A stretch of DNA of 64,000 nucleotides from Octopus bimaculoides (taxonomy: Eukaryota). The position numbers and the translations under genes were made by a program. Below the pieces are notes generated by a model. The model was not told the DNA's origin and ran no database searches. It was given only the letters and a program-made list of their open reading frames with translations. The DNA lies in contig NC_068986.1 of NCBI RefSeq assembly GCF_001194135.2, positions 3,538,505 through 3,602,504 on the forward strand. Direction: 5' to 3'. Shown in pieces: positions 52,806 to 64,000 of the stretch (positions within the stretch are counted from its first letter, which is position 1; each line of letters begins with the position of its first letter).

Positions 52806-54387
52806 CTGAAATAGAAAACAATTGACTCTGAATGAAATATATGGAGACAAAACCCTAAAAAAAAAAATAAGCAAAGAACATTAACCAGGGCCTCCGTTGG
52901 TCAAGGCTGATCATGTATCTAAACATGTATGCACAGATCTAGGCAAGGTGTTTATGTGGAAGATTGACAGTTGCCCATGCATGCAAGTCTCTCTTCTTCG
53001 TGACACTGATGTTGTCCAAAGGAAAATCCACCACCTTAGGCATCAGTATCATCTCAGGCATTGTTATAAATGTAGGAAGATGTTATAACGACCAGGCTTT
53101 CACAGATGGATCAGTGACATAACTAAAGAAAGTTCTAATTAAGAAATTGAAACTGAATTATGAATTTATTTCACCAAGTATTTACTACCAGACCACAACC
53201 ATAAAAAGGAAAGATTTCATCATTTGATTGTCATTGCAACCAAGACTATATCCTTTCATCTTTTCAGAGTCAATAAAGTAACAGTTGAGCACTGAAGTTG
53301 ATGTAATTGATTTACTCCCTTCCCCAAAATTGTTGGCCTTGTACCAAAATTTGAAACTATTTTTATATAATAATAATAATTATTATTATTGTTATTATTA
53401 AGGTCGTGAGCTGGCAGGAACCATTAACATACTGGACAAAATGCTTAGCAACATTTTGTCTGTCTTTACATTCTGCTAAGAACAACTTTGCCTTCCATCC
53501 TTTTGTGGTCAATAAAATAAGTATCAGTTGAGCACTGGAGTTGATGTAATCGATTTACCCCCACTCTCTGAAACTGCCAGCCTTGTACCAAAAATCGAAA
53601 CTATTATATCATTATTAAGTGGGTGAGCTAGCAAAATCATTAGGATGTCAGACAAAATACTGAGGCAGCATTTTCATCAGTCTTTACAATCTAAGTTCAA
53701 ATGCTGTTGAGACAGTGACAAGTGAAACTGTGAAACATCAACATTCACATTTAGAAATAATACGCTTCTAAATCTCTCAGAGAGATTTATGCAGTAGTGA
53801 TACGATGAAGTAATTGTATGCTGTCAACTTAATGCAGCTTCCTAGGTCTAACCAACAGTAGTATTATTCCCTTCAGGGGACTGTCACATTAAGTTGACAG
53901 CATACAACTACTTCATCAACATTCACGTATACACATTAGACATGTTTTTCACAGAAGACTAGAAATGAACAACCTTGCTTGTATGACGAAGTTCATTTAA
54001 AATCCATCACAAGATGTCTCAACAAGAGTATGTCCAACACATTATAGATAACCAAGTCATATGTTCACACACACACAATGGGCGTCTTTCAGTTTCTGTC
54101 TACGAATTCCACTCACGGAGCTTTGGTCAGCTTGATGTTATAGAAGACACTTGCCCAAGGTGCTGCGCAGTAGGAGTGAACCCAGGACCATGTGATTAGC
54201 AAGCAAGCTTCTTAACCGTACAGCTCCACCTGCACCTATACCTGTGCTTATATTTCAGAATTGATGAAACTATGCCACTAAATAATTGATAGCAAGTCTC
54301 TAGATATTTTTTTATCCATAGCTTGATTTGTAAGATCAGCAATTTGAAATTCAAAATGCTATGCACAGCAGGAATAAAGCAACACTT

Positions 54388-54623
54388 ATTTCTTTACTGC
54401 CCACAAGGGGCTACACACACAGAGAGGGGACAAACAAGGACAGACAAACGGATTAAGTCGATTATATTGATCCCAGTGCATAACTGGTACTTATTTAATC
54501 GACCCTGAAAGGATGAAAGGCAAAGTCGACATCGGCGGAATTTGAACCCAGAACGTAAAGACAGACGAAATACAGCTAAGCATTTCGCCCGGCACGCTAA
54601 CGTTTCTGCCAGCTCACCGCCTT
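54388..54623 (-). mobile_element. tRNA-derived SINE family B, young CpG-rich copy
   Basis: aaggcggtgagctggcagaa...ggttcaaattcc...ctttgcctttcatcctttc...ggtcgattaaataagtaccag. Other copies near 2919, 5000, 7900, 10620, 19560, 19800, 20800, 20990, 36100, 49163, 53254, 53400, 53616. Confidence 0.85.
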
Positions 54624-54735
54624 ATAAAGGAATAAAGCAAATCTTGATGTATATATATTCTTGTTAATTCAAATAATGAAAAAAAATCAAATTTATGACA
54701 ATTTGGGAAATTGAATCCAGAAAGTTCCCTCTTAC

Positions 54736-54870
54736 CTTCGAAGCCCCGAGAATAGTCAAATTGCTCGTCCCTACTACAATTCCGAGAGTGATGGACAATA
54801 TCCTCTCCATAGAGATCATACTTTTTCCTTTTATCGGCATCACTTAATACAGAAAATGCATTTCCAATAG
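54736..54870 (-). CDS. DNAJB12: DNAJB12/14-like exon, end of J-domain: (A)IGNAFSVLSDADKRKKYDLYG...DYSRGFE
   Basis: GTTGTTTTAG|CT...GAAG|GTAAG. 135 nt, phase 1 to 1. Confidence 0.96.
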
Positions 54871-55136
54871 CTAAAACAACAGAAACAAATAAAATTAACA
54901 TAACTAGGAGGAATAAAATTTTAAAAGACTTCATAAAACATTTTAAGAGGAAATGATAATTTTAGAGACAAGTTAGAGTGAGAGGTTTCGTGTTCATGAG
55001 GTCTCAAAGTTCCACAGAATTTGTGAACTGAAGTGCTCAGAAGGAAATATTGAAGAACTTGAACTTTCAGCCTGATTGGACTTGGTTGAGAACCACTGAT
55101 CTAAAGGGCTAATAATTAAAAGATGGTTTAGCTTAC

Positions 55137-55282
55137 CTTTAAAGGCTTCAGTAGCACCTGGAGCCTTATTTTTATCAGGATGCATTTTTAATGCTAATTT
55201 TCTGTATGCTTTTTTCAAATCAACATCTGTTGCATCCTTTGAGACACCAAGGATTTCATAATAATCTTTACATTTTTTAATT
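55137..55282 (-). CDS. DNAJB12: DNAJB12/14-like J-domain exon: [48 protein letters not shown]
   Basis: TTTTACAG|A...AAAG|GTAAGC. 146 nt, phase 2 to 1. Contains the HPD motif. Confidence 0.97.
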
Positions 55283-55539
55283 CTGTAAAAAGAAAAAGAA
55301 AAGTTTCTTGAAATAAGGCACTGAAAAAAAAAAAAAAAACTCTGTGCAAAGGAATAACAAAATTAAAACAACTTTTTACTTCAGTTCTATATCTAAGAGA
55401 TGAGGAATTATGTACATTATTTACATTATTTACAATTGACGGATATTTGTCCAATAATAACGACATCGAAAAATACCTTAGGAATGAGAACCCAGGTTCG
55501 AAATTTCCCCAAGTGTGGTGTTGCATATTAATGAGATAC

Positions 55540-55880
55540 GGGTTACAAAGTGGAAGATGTTAAAGACTGGAAAGAAATGAGACAAGCATGCTTTGCTGGA
55601 TGAGTAATATGTATATAAACAATGAAGTACAAATAAATTGAGGGGGGGAAATTGGATATAAGAGGAACAGGAATGAAGTGGACAGGAGAGAAAACCGTGG
55701 CTACTATAACCATAAACTATTGAGAATGACGGCTGTATAGAGAAGTGCAGAGTAATCCAAATGGACGGAATCTGCAGAAGAGGGAGACCAAGGATGACTT
55801 AGGAAGTGGTAAGCTGAGCTCTCAAGAGAACAAACCTCACAAAGGAAATGGTAAAAAAAAAACTGGATGTAAAATGGTGG
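55540..55880 (+). mobile_element. RTE LINE 3' ORF2 fragment
   Basis: Degenerate CRRGRPRMT*EVV motif, as in 1380-1440. Confidence 0.6.
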
Positions 55881-57259
55881 TGGAAGTTGGGATGTATGAT
55901 GTTTACCTTTCAGTCTCACCTTTCTATTATATTTATATTAAGGCTCTCTGCTTCCAAACAGCTTTGTCACATTACTCCCATTACTTTCTCTTTTATTTGC
56001 CATTGAAATCCTCCAGTCTCTCCCCTTCTTATCATTATCCATCTTTATTACTACACATTACCCTGTGCAGGTGACATGTAAAAGGCACCTGTGCCAGTGA
56101 CACGTAAAAAGCACCCACTACATTGTTGGAGTGTTTGGCATTAGGAAGGGAATCCAGCCATAGAAATGAGGTTAGACCAGACTGGAGCCTGGTACAGCTC
56201 CGACACGTACCAGTTCCACTCTCTCTCTCTCTCTCACTCGTTTTCCTTTTCTCTCATGTCTCTTTCTTCTGTCACTTTCTCACTTTGGCTCTCTTCCCAC
56301 CCAGCAGTATGGGAAAGAAAGGCCTAGATGAACAGAGACAGTGAAGGGAAGAGATGACTTTCCATAGTCTTACCAGAGGTGAGGACAATCTCTCTAGTGC
56401 TGGATGAACAAACGGATGAAAAGAGATAGTGTGGAGTAGAGGGGACTAATTTTGCTGAGAACTTCTCTGGTAATATGATAAGATGCAACAAGTAGTCCAA
56501 TAAAGTGACTGGCGATTATAGAAACAATGCCAAAAATGGTAACACCAAAAAAGATTTTAGCCTGGTCAGAAAGGACCCATTCAACCTGTGCCAACATGGA
56601 AAAAAAGCAAATTGATGGTGATGGACCTTTAGAGTGAAATTACCAACTGATATGTATGTACAACCATCTCTGAAGAATACACTAGACCTATCTCTAAAGA
56701 ACATGTTTTGCCAGCTGAATTAAAAGAAGGCAGAACAAAAAAAGTCATGTTAGGACCTTTCTTTATGAGAGTCAGAAGATTAGGGGTTGTGCCCAGAAAA
56801 TCTGCAGGAAAAACAGGGGCAGGAAGGGGATTCCAAGTAGAGTAAGAGCATTGCAAAGAGAAGAAACAGGTGGAACGGGCAGGGATAGATGGAGAGGGTG
56901 TGCAACTAGCTAGTTTAGAGGAGCAAGATGTAAGAGTATATATATATATATGAACTAGAGTAGTTGCAGTGTGTTGCTGGTTGGACGTTTGCCAATCAGT
57001 AGAATTGCCTTCTTTTCAGTCTAGTTTAGATTGTCTTTCACTACTTCTTGACATTATTCTCTTCATTCCATTATCAATGACCCACTATGATACTAGAATT
57101 GGGTTAAACTTGTAAAGTATAGTGGTTTGCTAAAGATGAAAAATATATGAAGACAAAATAATTGAAGTCCGTAGTTTAATAACTAGAATTAGATTAAATA
57201 TTAAAGAAAGAGATATCAATGTATATAGAGATTATGAGAAAAAAAAAATAACCATGATC

Positions 57260-57790
57260 ATTTTTATGCCTGCTTTTCCATGTTTGCATGGATTAGATGG
57301 TCCTTCTCGAGCACAGCATCTTACCATTTGTCCCAGTCCAGGGTCGTTTTCATGAAGTTCAGCCTTTTGAAATGGGCCTTCATCACTTCTTCCCATGTGT
57401 TCCTCTGTTGCAGATTCCTTGACACTTTTTTCCACCCAACTCTCATCATCTATATGTGAAGCATGTCTCTACTGGATGTCTTTCTTCTCTGCACATTACA
57501 TCCGAGTCATCTTATTCCCCACGTTCTTCTCTCTATTTGCATTGTTGCTCATGCAACATTCATTTTTACACACTCAGCAGAGCATGCTTACTATATTTCT
57601 TGCCACCCTTCAAACATCTTTCACATTCAGTACCCATGTTCTACCATAATGCAATGTCACCCTTTCTACATAAGCAGCATACAAGCTCTTTGTTGCAGCA
57701 CAGGTAGTAAATTCCTGAACATTCTCCACCCTGCTTTAACTCCAACTACTATGTTTTCCGAACATCTGCCCCCATGGCTAATTAGGTGAT
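57260..57790 (-). mobile_element. RTE LINE 3' fragment with tail
   Basis: Reverse-complement sequence resembles the RTE C-terminus, followed by the ccatgcaaacatggaaaagcagg...atgat tail. Confidence 0.6.
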
Positions 57791-59064
57791 CTAGATAAGG
57801 AAAGCTACAAACTTCTTGGGAGCTTCTCAAGCATTTGAAAGAATATATTTTATAGCTGCTTGTATTCTATTATTCTACTATCTTATTCTATTATTCTGCC
57901 AGATGCTGCGGCCATGCTAGGACACCAGCATTAATAAAAAGAAAGGTTCAGATGAAGAATAATCTGAATTTAGTTATGGCTTTTGAACACGGAATTGAAC
58001 TCTATACCCATTTTGTTTATCAAGCTGCTCTACATGTAGCCATAGACTACTTTCAACCAACAAGCCAATACAGGGGTCATCCAACCACAGTGTCTGATGA
58101 ACCACTCCTATATCACAGAAACATTTGTCTAGGAAGTTATCAACACAAATTTTGTCTTGGATCTTCTCAATGGTGACTGAAACAACTGAAGTACCTGGAT
58201 GTTATCCCTTAAAATGAGTTCACACCTGTTAATTATTTGTATGTATCTGCTACTAAGAAGTCTTAGCAAGAAAGATAACAGAACTCTCTCAACTGGAGTT
58301 GGCCATACTTGCTCAATGTATAGAAAAAGAGTAGCTAGAAATTAGAAATCACATACAATACATTCATTGTGAACAATGAATGCACAAAAGATATAGAGCG
58401 AGCACAGGTAGGCTGACAAAGGAGAAACACTTTATATATAGCAGATGCACGAGAGTAGCTAAGAGCATTCATGATGAGAATTCCTTCAATTTTCAAGAAA
58501 GCTCCCTAGAAGTAGCTGACAGCATAAGGGCAAAGTGAAAAAAGTTTTGACTACAGATCTAAGATGGACAATTAACAAAACAAAATCAGGAGTTCAGAAC
58601 TGCTCTAGCTATTGCCTCTATTTTAAAGTATAGCACTCCACTTAGATGTGAATAGAAGTGGTTGGTAGTAACCAAACAGCTATGAAACATGTCATTTCTA
58701 TAACGACCCTTTTGTAAAATATGGAAATTTTCAAGAGCACCCAACCATTCTCACAAATGAAAACAGTTATAGTCTGCAAGCTACATAGGCACTTTATAGC
58801 TTGAGATCATCCTTTTTTTTTTGTTGTTTTTATCATTTTATATGATAGATATATACAACCAGTATACAATTTTCCTTCGGTATCAAGTCATCTCACATGC
58901 TTGACCATATTGTTAGTCCTACAAGCAACTTTGATACATTTTATGAGTAATTTAAGGTGTTTTAATAGACAGTAAATGTAATCATCATCATTTTTTTTTT
59001 TTTTCATTTTATCTACTTTCAGCTCATGAGCTGTGGCCATGCTGGGGCACCGCCATTTTATTTC

Positions 59065-59245
59065 TCTTGTTGGCTATCGGACTTGGATGGAGCTTACCAC
59101 TCGCTTTGGGCTGCGTTCCCAAGCAACCCGACTCTCGGGCTGAAAAGAATACTGCCGATCGCCGCCAGCTCTGAATGGGCCTGGCACCCGCCCCGATCGA
59201 GGGGACTCCGAACCTAGCCGGGCGAAACGATCGACGTGTACAACA
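59065..59245 (-). pseudogene. 28S rRNA 5'/D1-region fragment (rRNA pseudogene)
   Basis: Plus strand reads cttgttggctatcgg..ttggatggagcttaccactcgctttgggctgcgttcccaagcaacccgactc, the reverse complement of the conserved eukaryotic LSU 5' segment. GC/CpG-rich, with short internal deletions. Confidence 0.85.
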
Positions 59246-59433
59246 TTATTTAACTAAATATAAAGAAGAGGGTTGAAAACCATTTATCCTTAATAAAGTC
59301 TAATTATATTTTTTTAAAAATCTAATCCAATGGCAATTTATTGGGAAGGATTTCAGATGTCATTTTTTCCCCACCATCTAAATCAGAATATCCATATTAA
59401 AAAAAGGTAATGAAGATTATTTCGCAAGCCAAC

Positions 59434-59623
59434 CTTTTCACAGCTATCAACTGATCCTCTGTGTAATCATCAGGTGACTTTCCAGGGTGGCCTGAGCCAC
59501 CTTTCTCTGAACGATTGTTATTCTTGGTAGCTTTATCTTTGTGTACATTGTTGTCTGCACCATCACCACTTTGTCTGCGACCAGCAGTGCTACCATTTAA
59601 TTTGCTCAGCTTCTCCATAAGGT
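59434..59623 (-). CDS. DNAJB12: DNAJB12/14-like exon (second coding exon, first in window): (D)LMEKLSKLNG...DYTEDQLIAVK(R)
   Basis: Acceptor TTTATCTTGCAG|AC, donor AAAAG|GTTGGC. 190 nt, phase 1 to 2. YTEDQLIAVKR matches the YTAEQVAAVKR motif before the J-domain of DNAJB12. Confidence 0.92.
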
Positions 59624-59992
59624 CTGCAAGATAAATAAAAAGAACATTATAGATAGATGCAGGTCAAAGATGGAGGCCTCTAACTGATATCACGACCTGC
59701 TGGAGGCAACATCTAAATCTTCCTCAAAACATATCTTACCGTCATGCATTAAGACAGAACACTTTAGACAATGTAGTCTAACATATCCTTAGAAAAAACC
59801 AGAATGGTCATGATTGGAATGCTGTTATCATGGGTCTACTTAATCAGAGTAAACCTGAAATCAAACAGTAGCAGCAAACTATTTCTCTCTCTGACACAAG
59901 TAGACTGAAATGTGTAAGATGGGTACAAGATATAGAAGATCTACAGAAGTTGGAGAGAAATGAGGGAAACATGATCCGTTATACATGTAATA

Positions 59993-60435
59993 TTAGGTGA
60001 GTGCAAAATTAATTGCAAGCTTTTGCAATTTTAAATGTTGGTGCTCCATGTCAAATATATTTTTATGTTCATGTAATATACCATTTTTAAGTGCAGATTT
60101 TGGTCTATTGAGTTATGCAAAATGGATTTTGCTTTAACTGCTTATTCTTGTTTCTTTTAGAGTGTAAAATTAAAGACATGAAAAAAAAAAAAAAAAAGTA
60201 AATTTAAGTGAATTTTTTTGTTCCTTTCAAAACAGAATCAAAAGTAGCAGAAACTGCTTGCAAGCATTTCAGCCAGAGGACCCTGAATGTACACTGGTCA
60301 TTGGAAAGTGGAATGATTAGCTACCAGTGGTTCCAAAAATCGTGTAAAGGAGATGAAAGCTTTGAAATTGAGGAAGGTTGCAGATAACCTTCCTCTAACT
60401 GACCATAACCAACCAAGGTGTTATAATCCTTAAAA
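59993..60435 (+). mobile_element. Hsmar1-like mariner 5' fragment
   Basis: TA then ttaggtgagtgcaaaattaattgc (compare Hsmar1 TIR TTAGGTTGGTGCAAAAGTAATTGC); QWFQKSCKGDESFEIEEG resembles QWWFKKFCKGDESLEDEE. Confidence 0.8.
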
Positions 60436-60602
60436 TGTTGGATTATTATAACGCCCACTTCAGTCTACAGTATACTTAGTAAAACCAGTAAAGACACGAC
60501 TATCTCTCACCATCTATTATGTACTCTCTTTACTTATAGTGACTAGGTTATTCCATTTGTCATATGGGAGGGGTGTACCATTATTAATAATTCCCTACAA
60601 CA
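60436..60602 (-). mobile_element. 3' LTR (167 bp) of a Gypsy element
   Basis: TGTTG...CAACA termini, immediately preceded by the polypurine tract AAAAGGAGAGA (60603-60613) downstream of the integrase. Confidence 0.8.
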
Positions 60603-62045
60603 TCTCTCCTTTTAAGTTTTTCTTAGGAAGTGTCATTTTATTTAGAAATAAGTATTTTATTCACTTCACCTCCCATTTTTGAGATTTTTTGTGTTTTGTT
60701 TTGTACAATTTAATATTTTTTGTGCTTGGCATCTATTTTCAAGAACTCTGTATGTTTTCTGTTTCTCTCACTTGTACACCTGCAGTGGCGTTGGTACTTG
60801 GAACCTATCGTACAACCATTCCATTGACTCCTCCAACTTCTTTGGTTTGCTTTCCTCGAATCTCTTTTTCAGTTGGTTCCCGTGTCTCCTTTGTATGACT
60901 TTTCTACTTTTTATCCAATACATCATTTTACCTATGCATTTGGTGATTACGCCATCTTCCCAACTCTGCTTTCCATTCTTGTATGCCCTCATATACACCT
61001 TTTCACCAACTTTAAAGAATCTTGCTATGTCTTCCCTGGCACTTTTTCTTTTCTTGCAAGGTAGCAATTTATCAAAAACTGATTTTACTTGCCTTGCAAA
61101 CATCAGCTCCACTGGTGAGTTACTCACTGGTGTATTTGGATTTGGTGTCACATAGTACACTCTTAAACAATGTTGTAGAGCCACCTCCATCCAGGACTTC
61201 TTTGACTTTCTTAGAGCTCTTTTGAAGGTATTGACAAAGCGTTCTGCCTGTTCATTCAATCTGGGATGGTATGGTGCTGCAGTTATATGTTCTACCGCGA
61301 ATGTTTCACAAAATTTAAAAAATTCGCTAGACACAAATTGTACTCCATTGTCAGACACTATCTTGTCTGGAATGCCAAATCTTGCAAACAATTTATGTAA
61401 AACACATTTATCACAGTTGAGGGGGTTGGTTTTTTACACTTGCAAATTTCAGGCCATTTCGAAAAACTATCAGTTACCATTAAGTAGTAAGAAGTGTTTA
61501 AAGGACCAGTAAAATCAATGTGTAGTCTCGACCATGGAACATCTACTACTGAACAATATTTATTTTTTACCATGGGCAATTTTTCACACCATTTTGGCTT
61601 ACATACAGGTGTTCCACTCTGTTTTACTGCAATTTTTTTGTTTCAGTTCCTCGGCCACATTTGAACCTTCGACTGAACCGAATATGTTTCCACACAAAAC
61701 ACTTATGGGTGTATTCTATACTTTAAATAGTTTCATCCACTCTGTGCCGAATATATTAAGTGAACTTTTTAACACATATATCTTTGCCTTTTTCATTTGA
61801 CCTTGAAATGTTGTATTACATATGAATTCACCAAGAAAATATAATCTTTTTCCTGTAATACCATGTGCTACCTTTTTCAATTTAATTCATTTCGGCTTAC
61901 TGACATATTTCCACGTTTTTTCATTTATAATGGTGATATCACTACCAGTGTCCAGTTGCATTTAAACATTTGTATTTCTGATTTTGACCTTCACGAACTT
62001 CCTCATCCTTATATTACCAATCTCTTCTGATGGCATAATAATTAA
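60603..62045 (-). pseudogene. Gypsy (Mag/K02A2.6-like) pol remnant: aspartic protease joined to integrase, RT/RNase H missing
   Basis: MQLDTGSDITII (about 61950); PWSRLHIDFTGP, VSDNGVQF, APYHPRLNEQAERFV; stops and frameshifts. Confidence 0.9.
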
Positions 62046-62460
62046 AGAAATTATTACTTTACTTTATACAGGAAACAATCTATATAGCATCAGAAATGTG
62101 ATGGTGCATAGTAGTGGCATATGAGCTACTGTAAATGGATAGGAACAAGTATAAAGCACTGGATTTTATGATTCATACAATGGTGTTGAGTTCACTTGGC
62201 ACAGGCTAAATTCAAAGTCAAATCAAAGAAAACTGAAGGTCATATGGTTAAATCTAATCCAAAACAGTTAAACCTTGCAGAAAAATCTACAAATAATATA
62301 GAAACCTATGGTAAGATAAGGCAGTTTTACATAGTTATTTATGCCAGATTGGAGAAGTGATGGTGACTATGTTGTTGCAAGTGAAATATTCATGCGGTCA
62401 TTTAAAAAACAAAACAACAAACTTCAGTTTAATTTTGATAGAGTTACACATTAAGCAAAA

Positions 62461-62499
<39 letters not shown>

Positions 62500-64000
62500 A
62501 ACCTAGGATTTGTCTTTGAGCTGTAAATCTATTTCCTCACTACTCTAAAATACGAGATCAAACAATTCAATTATTCATTAGAACTAACTGAATAAAGACT
62601 ACCAAGATCATTTCAAAGTAAAAATGAGGAGCAAAAAAAAACTATTTCTGTAAACACCACTGCCATAACAATGAGCACAAAAAAAAAAAAAGAAAAAAAA
62701 AGCCATTTGGCTATTTGTGTATATATACAAAAACAAACAACAAAAAAAACATGGGTGTTCTTAGAACTACCGCTATGAGAACCAATTACATAATGCAAAA
62801 CTATGAGCCAAGGTCTTTTCCTCTGAGAATGAGGGGAAGAAGGAACTGGATCATACAATGATCGGTTTCTAGGAACATTGTTTTTTGAAGAATTAACGGT
62901 TAAAGAGTATTCTTTTATCTTGAAAATGCTCGAGTTAACAGCAGTAAATATGTAACAAACAGTGGAACAAAAACTTGGCTGCTTAACCAAACAAGGTCAA
63001 GTCCTATCTTTAGTAAGAATAAAAGTATATTACTGTCAGCCCCCCTTAAATGATACTGTATACCAAAGGGATACGATTACAATTCAACAGGGCAAACCAA
63101 TTGATATTTACTGTCATGCCCAGTCAGTAGTCTTTCATAAGTCCATAGGCCTCCCAGTTCAGCTAACACAAGTATATATATTTAATATATTTAATCCTTT
63201 ATATTGAACACTCAATATTTCATCTATTCAATAAGACATATTCCATATATTCAATAAGACATTCAATACTTTATTTCATAGTACCATCCATTTTTATTTT
63301 ATATTGTATATTATATTATATATTGTATATTCCATATTTTATATCCCACATTGGTTTTGCAGGAATATAAATAAAACATAAAAAACAGACAGTGTTGGAA
63401 CTCTTTTAAACAAAATAATATATTCCTCTATACACAATCATACAAAACCCCTTTTTTTGTATTTATTTTTACTCACATATATATCGCACACTACTATTGA
63501 GAACCGTCTATCATCATAATCTAGCAGGTTAAACAGATGATAACAATTACACAACAAAATATCTTTTTTAAATACACTTTCTTCAGACAGCCAAGTAAGC
63601 TTAAAAACTTTATGAAAATACCGACAAAATTAGACTGGATCAATAACAGGAATTGATATAGGATTTAGTTACCAAGAATAAAATGGTCAAACCTACAAAA
63701 AAAAAAGGGGGGGGGGCAGTTTACAACTTTGTACCATAATCATCATCAGTGTCACTCAACATATTTTTGGTTTTACAGTTCTGTCTATTCCACTGTGGAT
63801 CATAATCAAGTTCATTCTCATATCGATGAATAACATTCAGACACGGAAATTAAAAAAATATATAAACTGAATTTGCCACAGTTTAACCACTTTAGCATTC
63901 AGATTACTCTGTCAAATATAATACTTTATTCAGTTTTGCTAGCATGGGTTGGACGATTTGACTGAGGACTGGTGAACCAGACGACTACACCAGGCTCCAA

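Noticed and set aside
59065-59245. Functional rDNA unit
   Set aside because: Only about 180 nt, with deletions and no 5.8S/ITS context, inside an intron.
59616-59618. ATG of ORF 59397-59618 as the DNAJB12 start codon
   Set aside because: A splice acceptor lies 5 nt upstream, and the conserved N-terminal MExNKDE-type exon is missing; I did not find it in 59624-64000.
61400-61990. Copia-type element (protease followed directly by integrase)
   Set aside because: The integrase motifs are Gypsy-like and are followed by PPT/LTR rather than RT, so internal deletion explains the order.
63393-63556. TGTTG...CAACA 164-bp segment as the Gypsy 5' LTR
   Set aside because: No internal similarity to the 60436-60602 LTR, no PBS and no matching TSD.

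Overview
AT-rich, repeat-dense animal genomic DNA with four N-gaps. The SINE/LINE families and microsatellites point to a coleoid cephalopod, most likely Octopus (inference). One protein-coding gene is well supported: a minus-strand DNAJB12/DNAJB14-type ER-membrane J-domain co-chaperone. Eight coding exons (59623 to 31980) join in one frame with canonical GT-AG sites, and the ATG exon lies beyond 64000. The rest is mostly transposon debris: RTE and CR1/Jockey-like LINE fragments, several tRNA-derived SINE families, Tc1 and Hsmar1-like mariner, hAT, piggyBac-type MITEs, a Helitron end, a Penelope GIY-YIG fragment and an internally deleted Gypsy element with one intact LTR. The most unusual signal is a small repeat family seen at three loci. 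One copy joins a tRNA-like Pol III head to a Penelope-type minimal hammerhead ribozyme motif, and all three loci carry inverted segments. Other notable items: a 28S rRNA fragment fused to a SINE-type tail, a 144-nt in-frame candidate cassette exon, and several intronic hairpins or inverted repeat pairs in the DNAJB12 pre-mRNA. Repeat boundaries are approximate (read by eye); exon boundaries were counted to the base.
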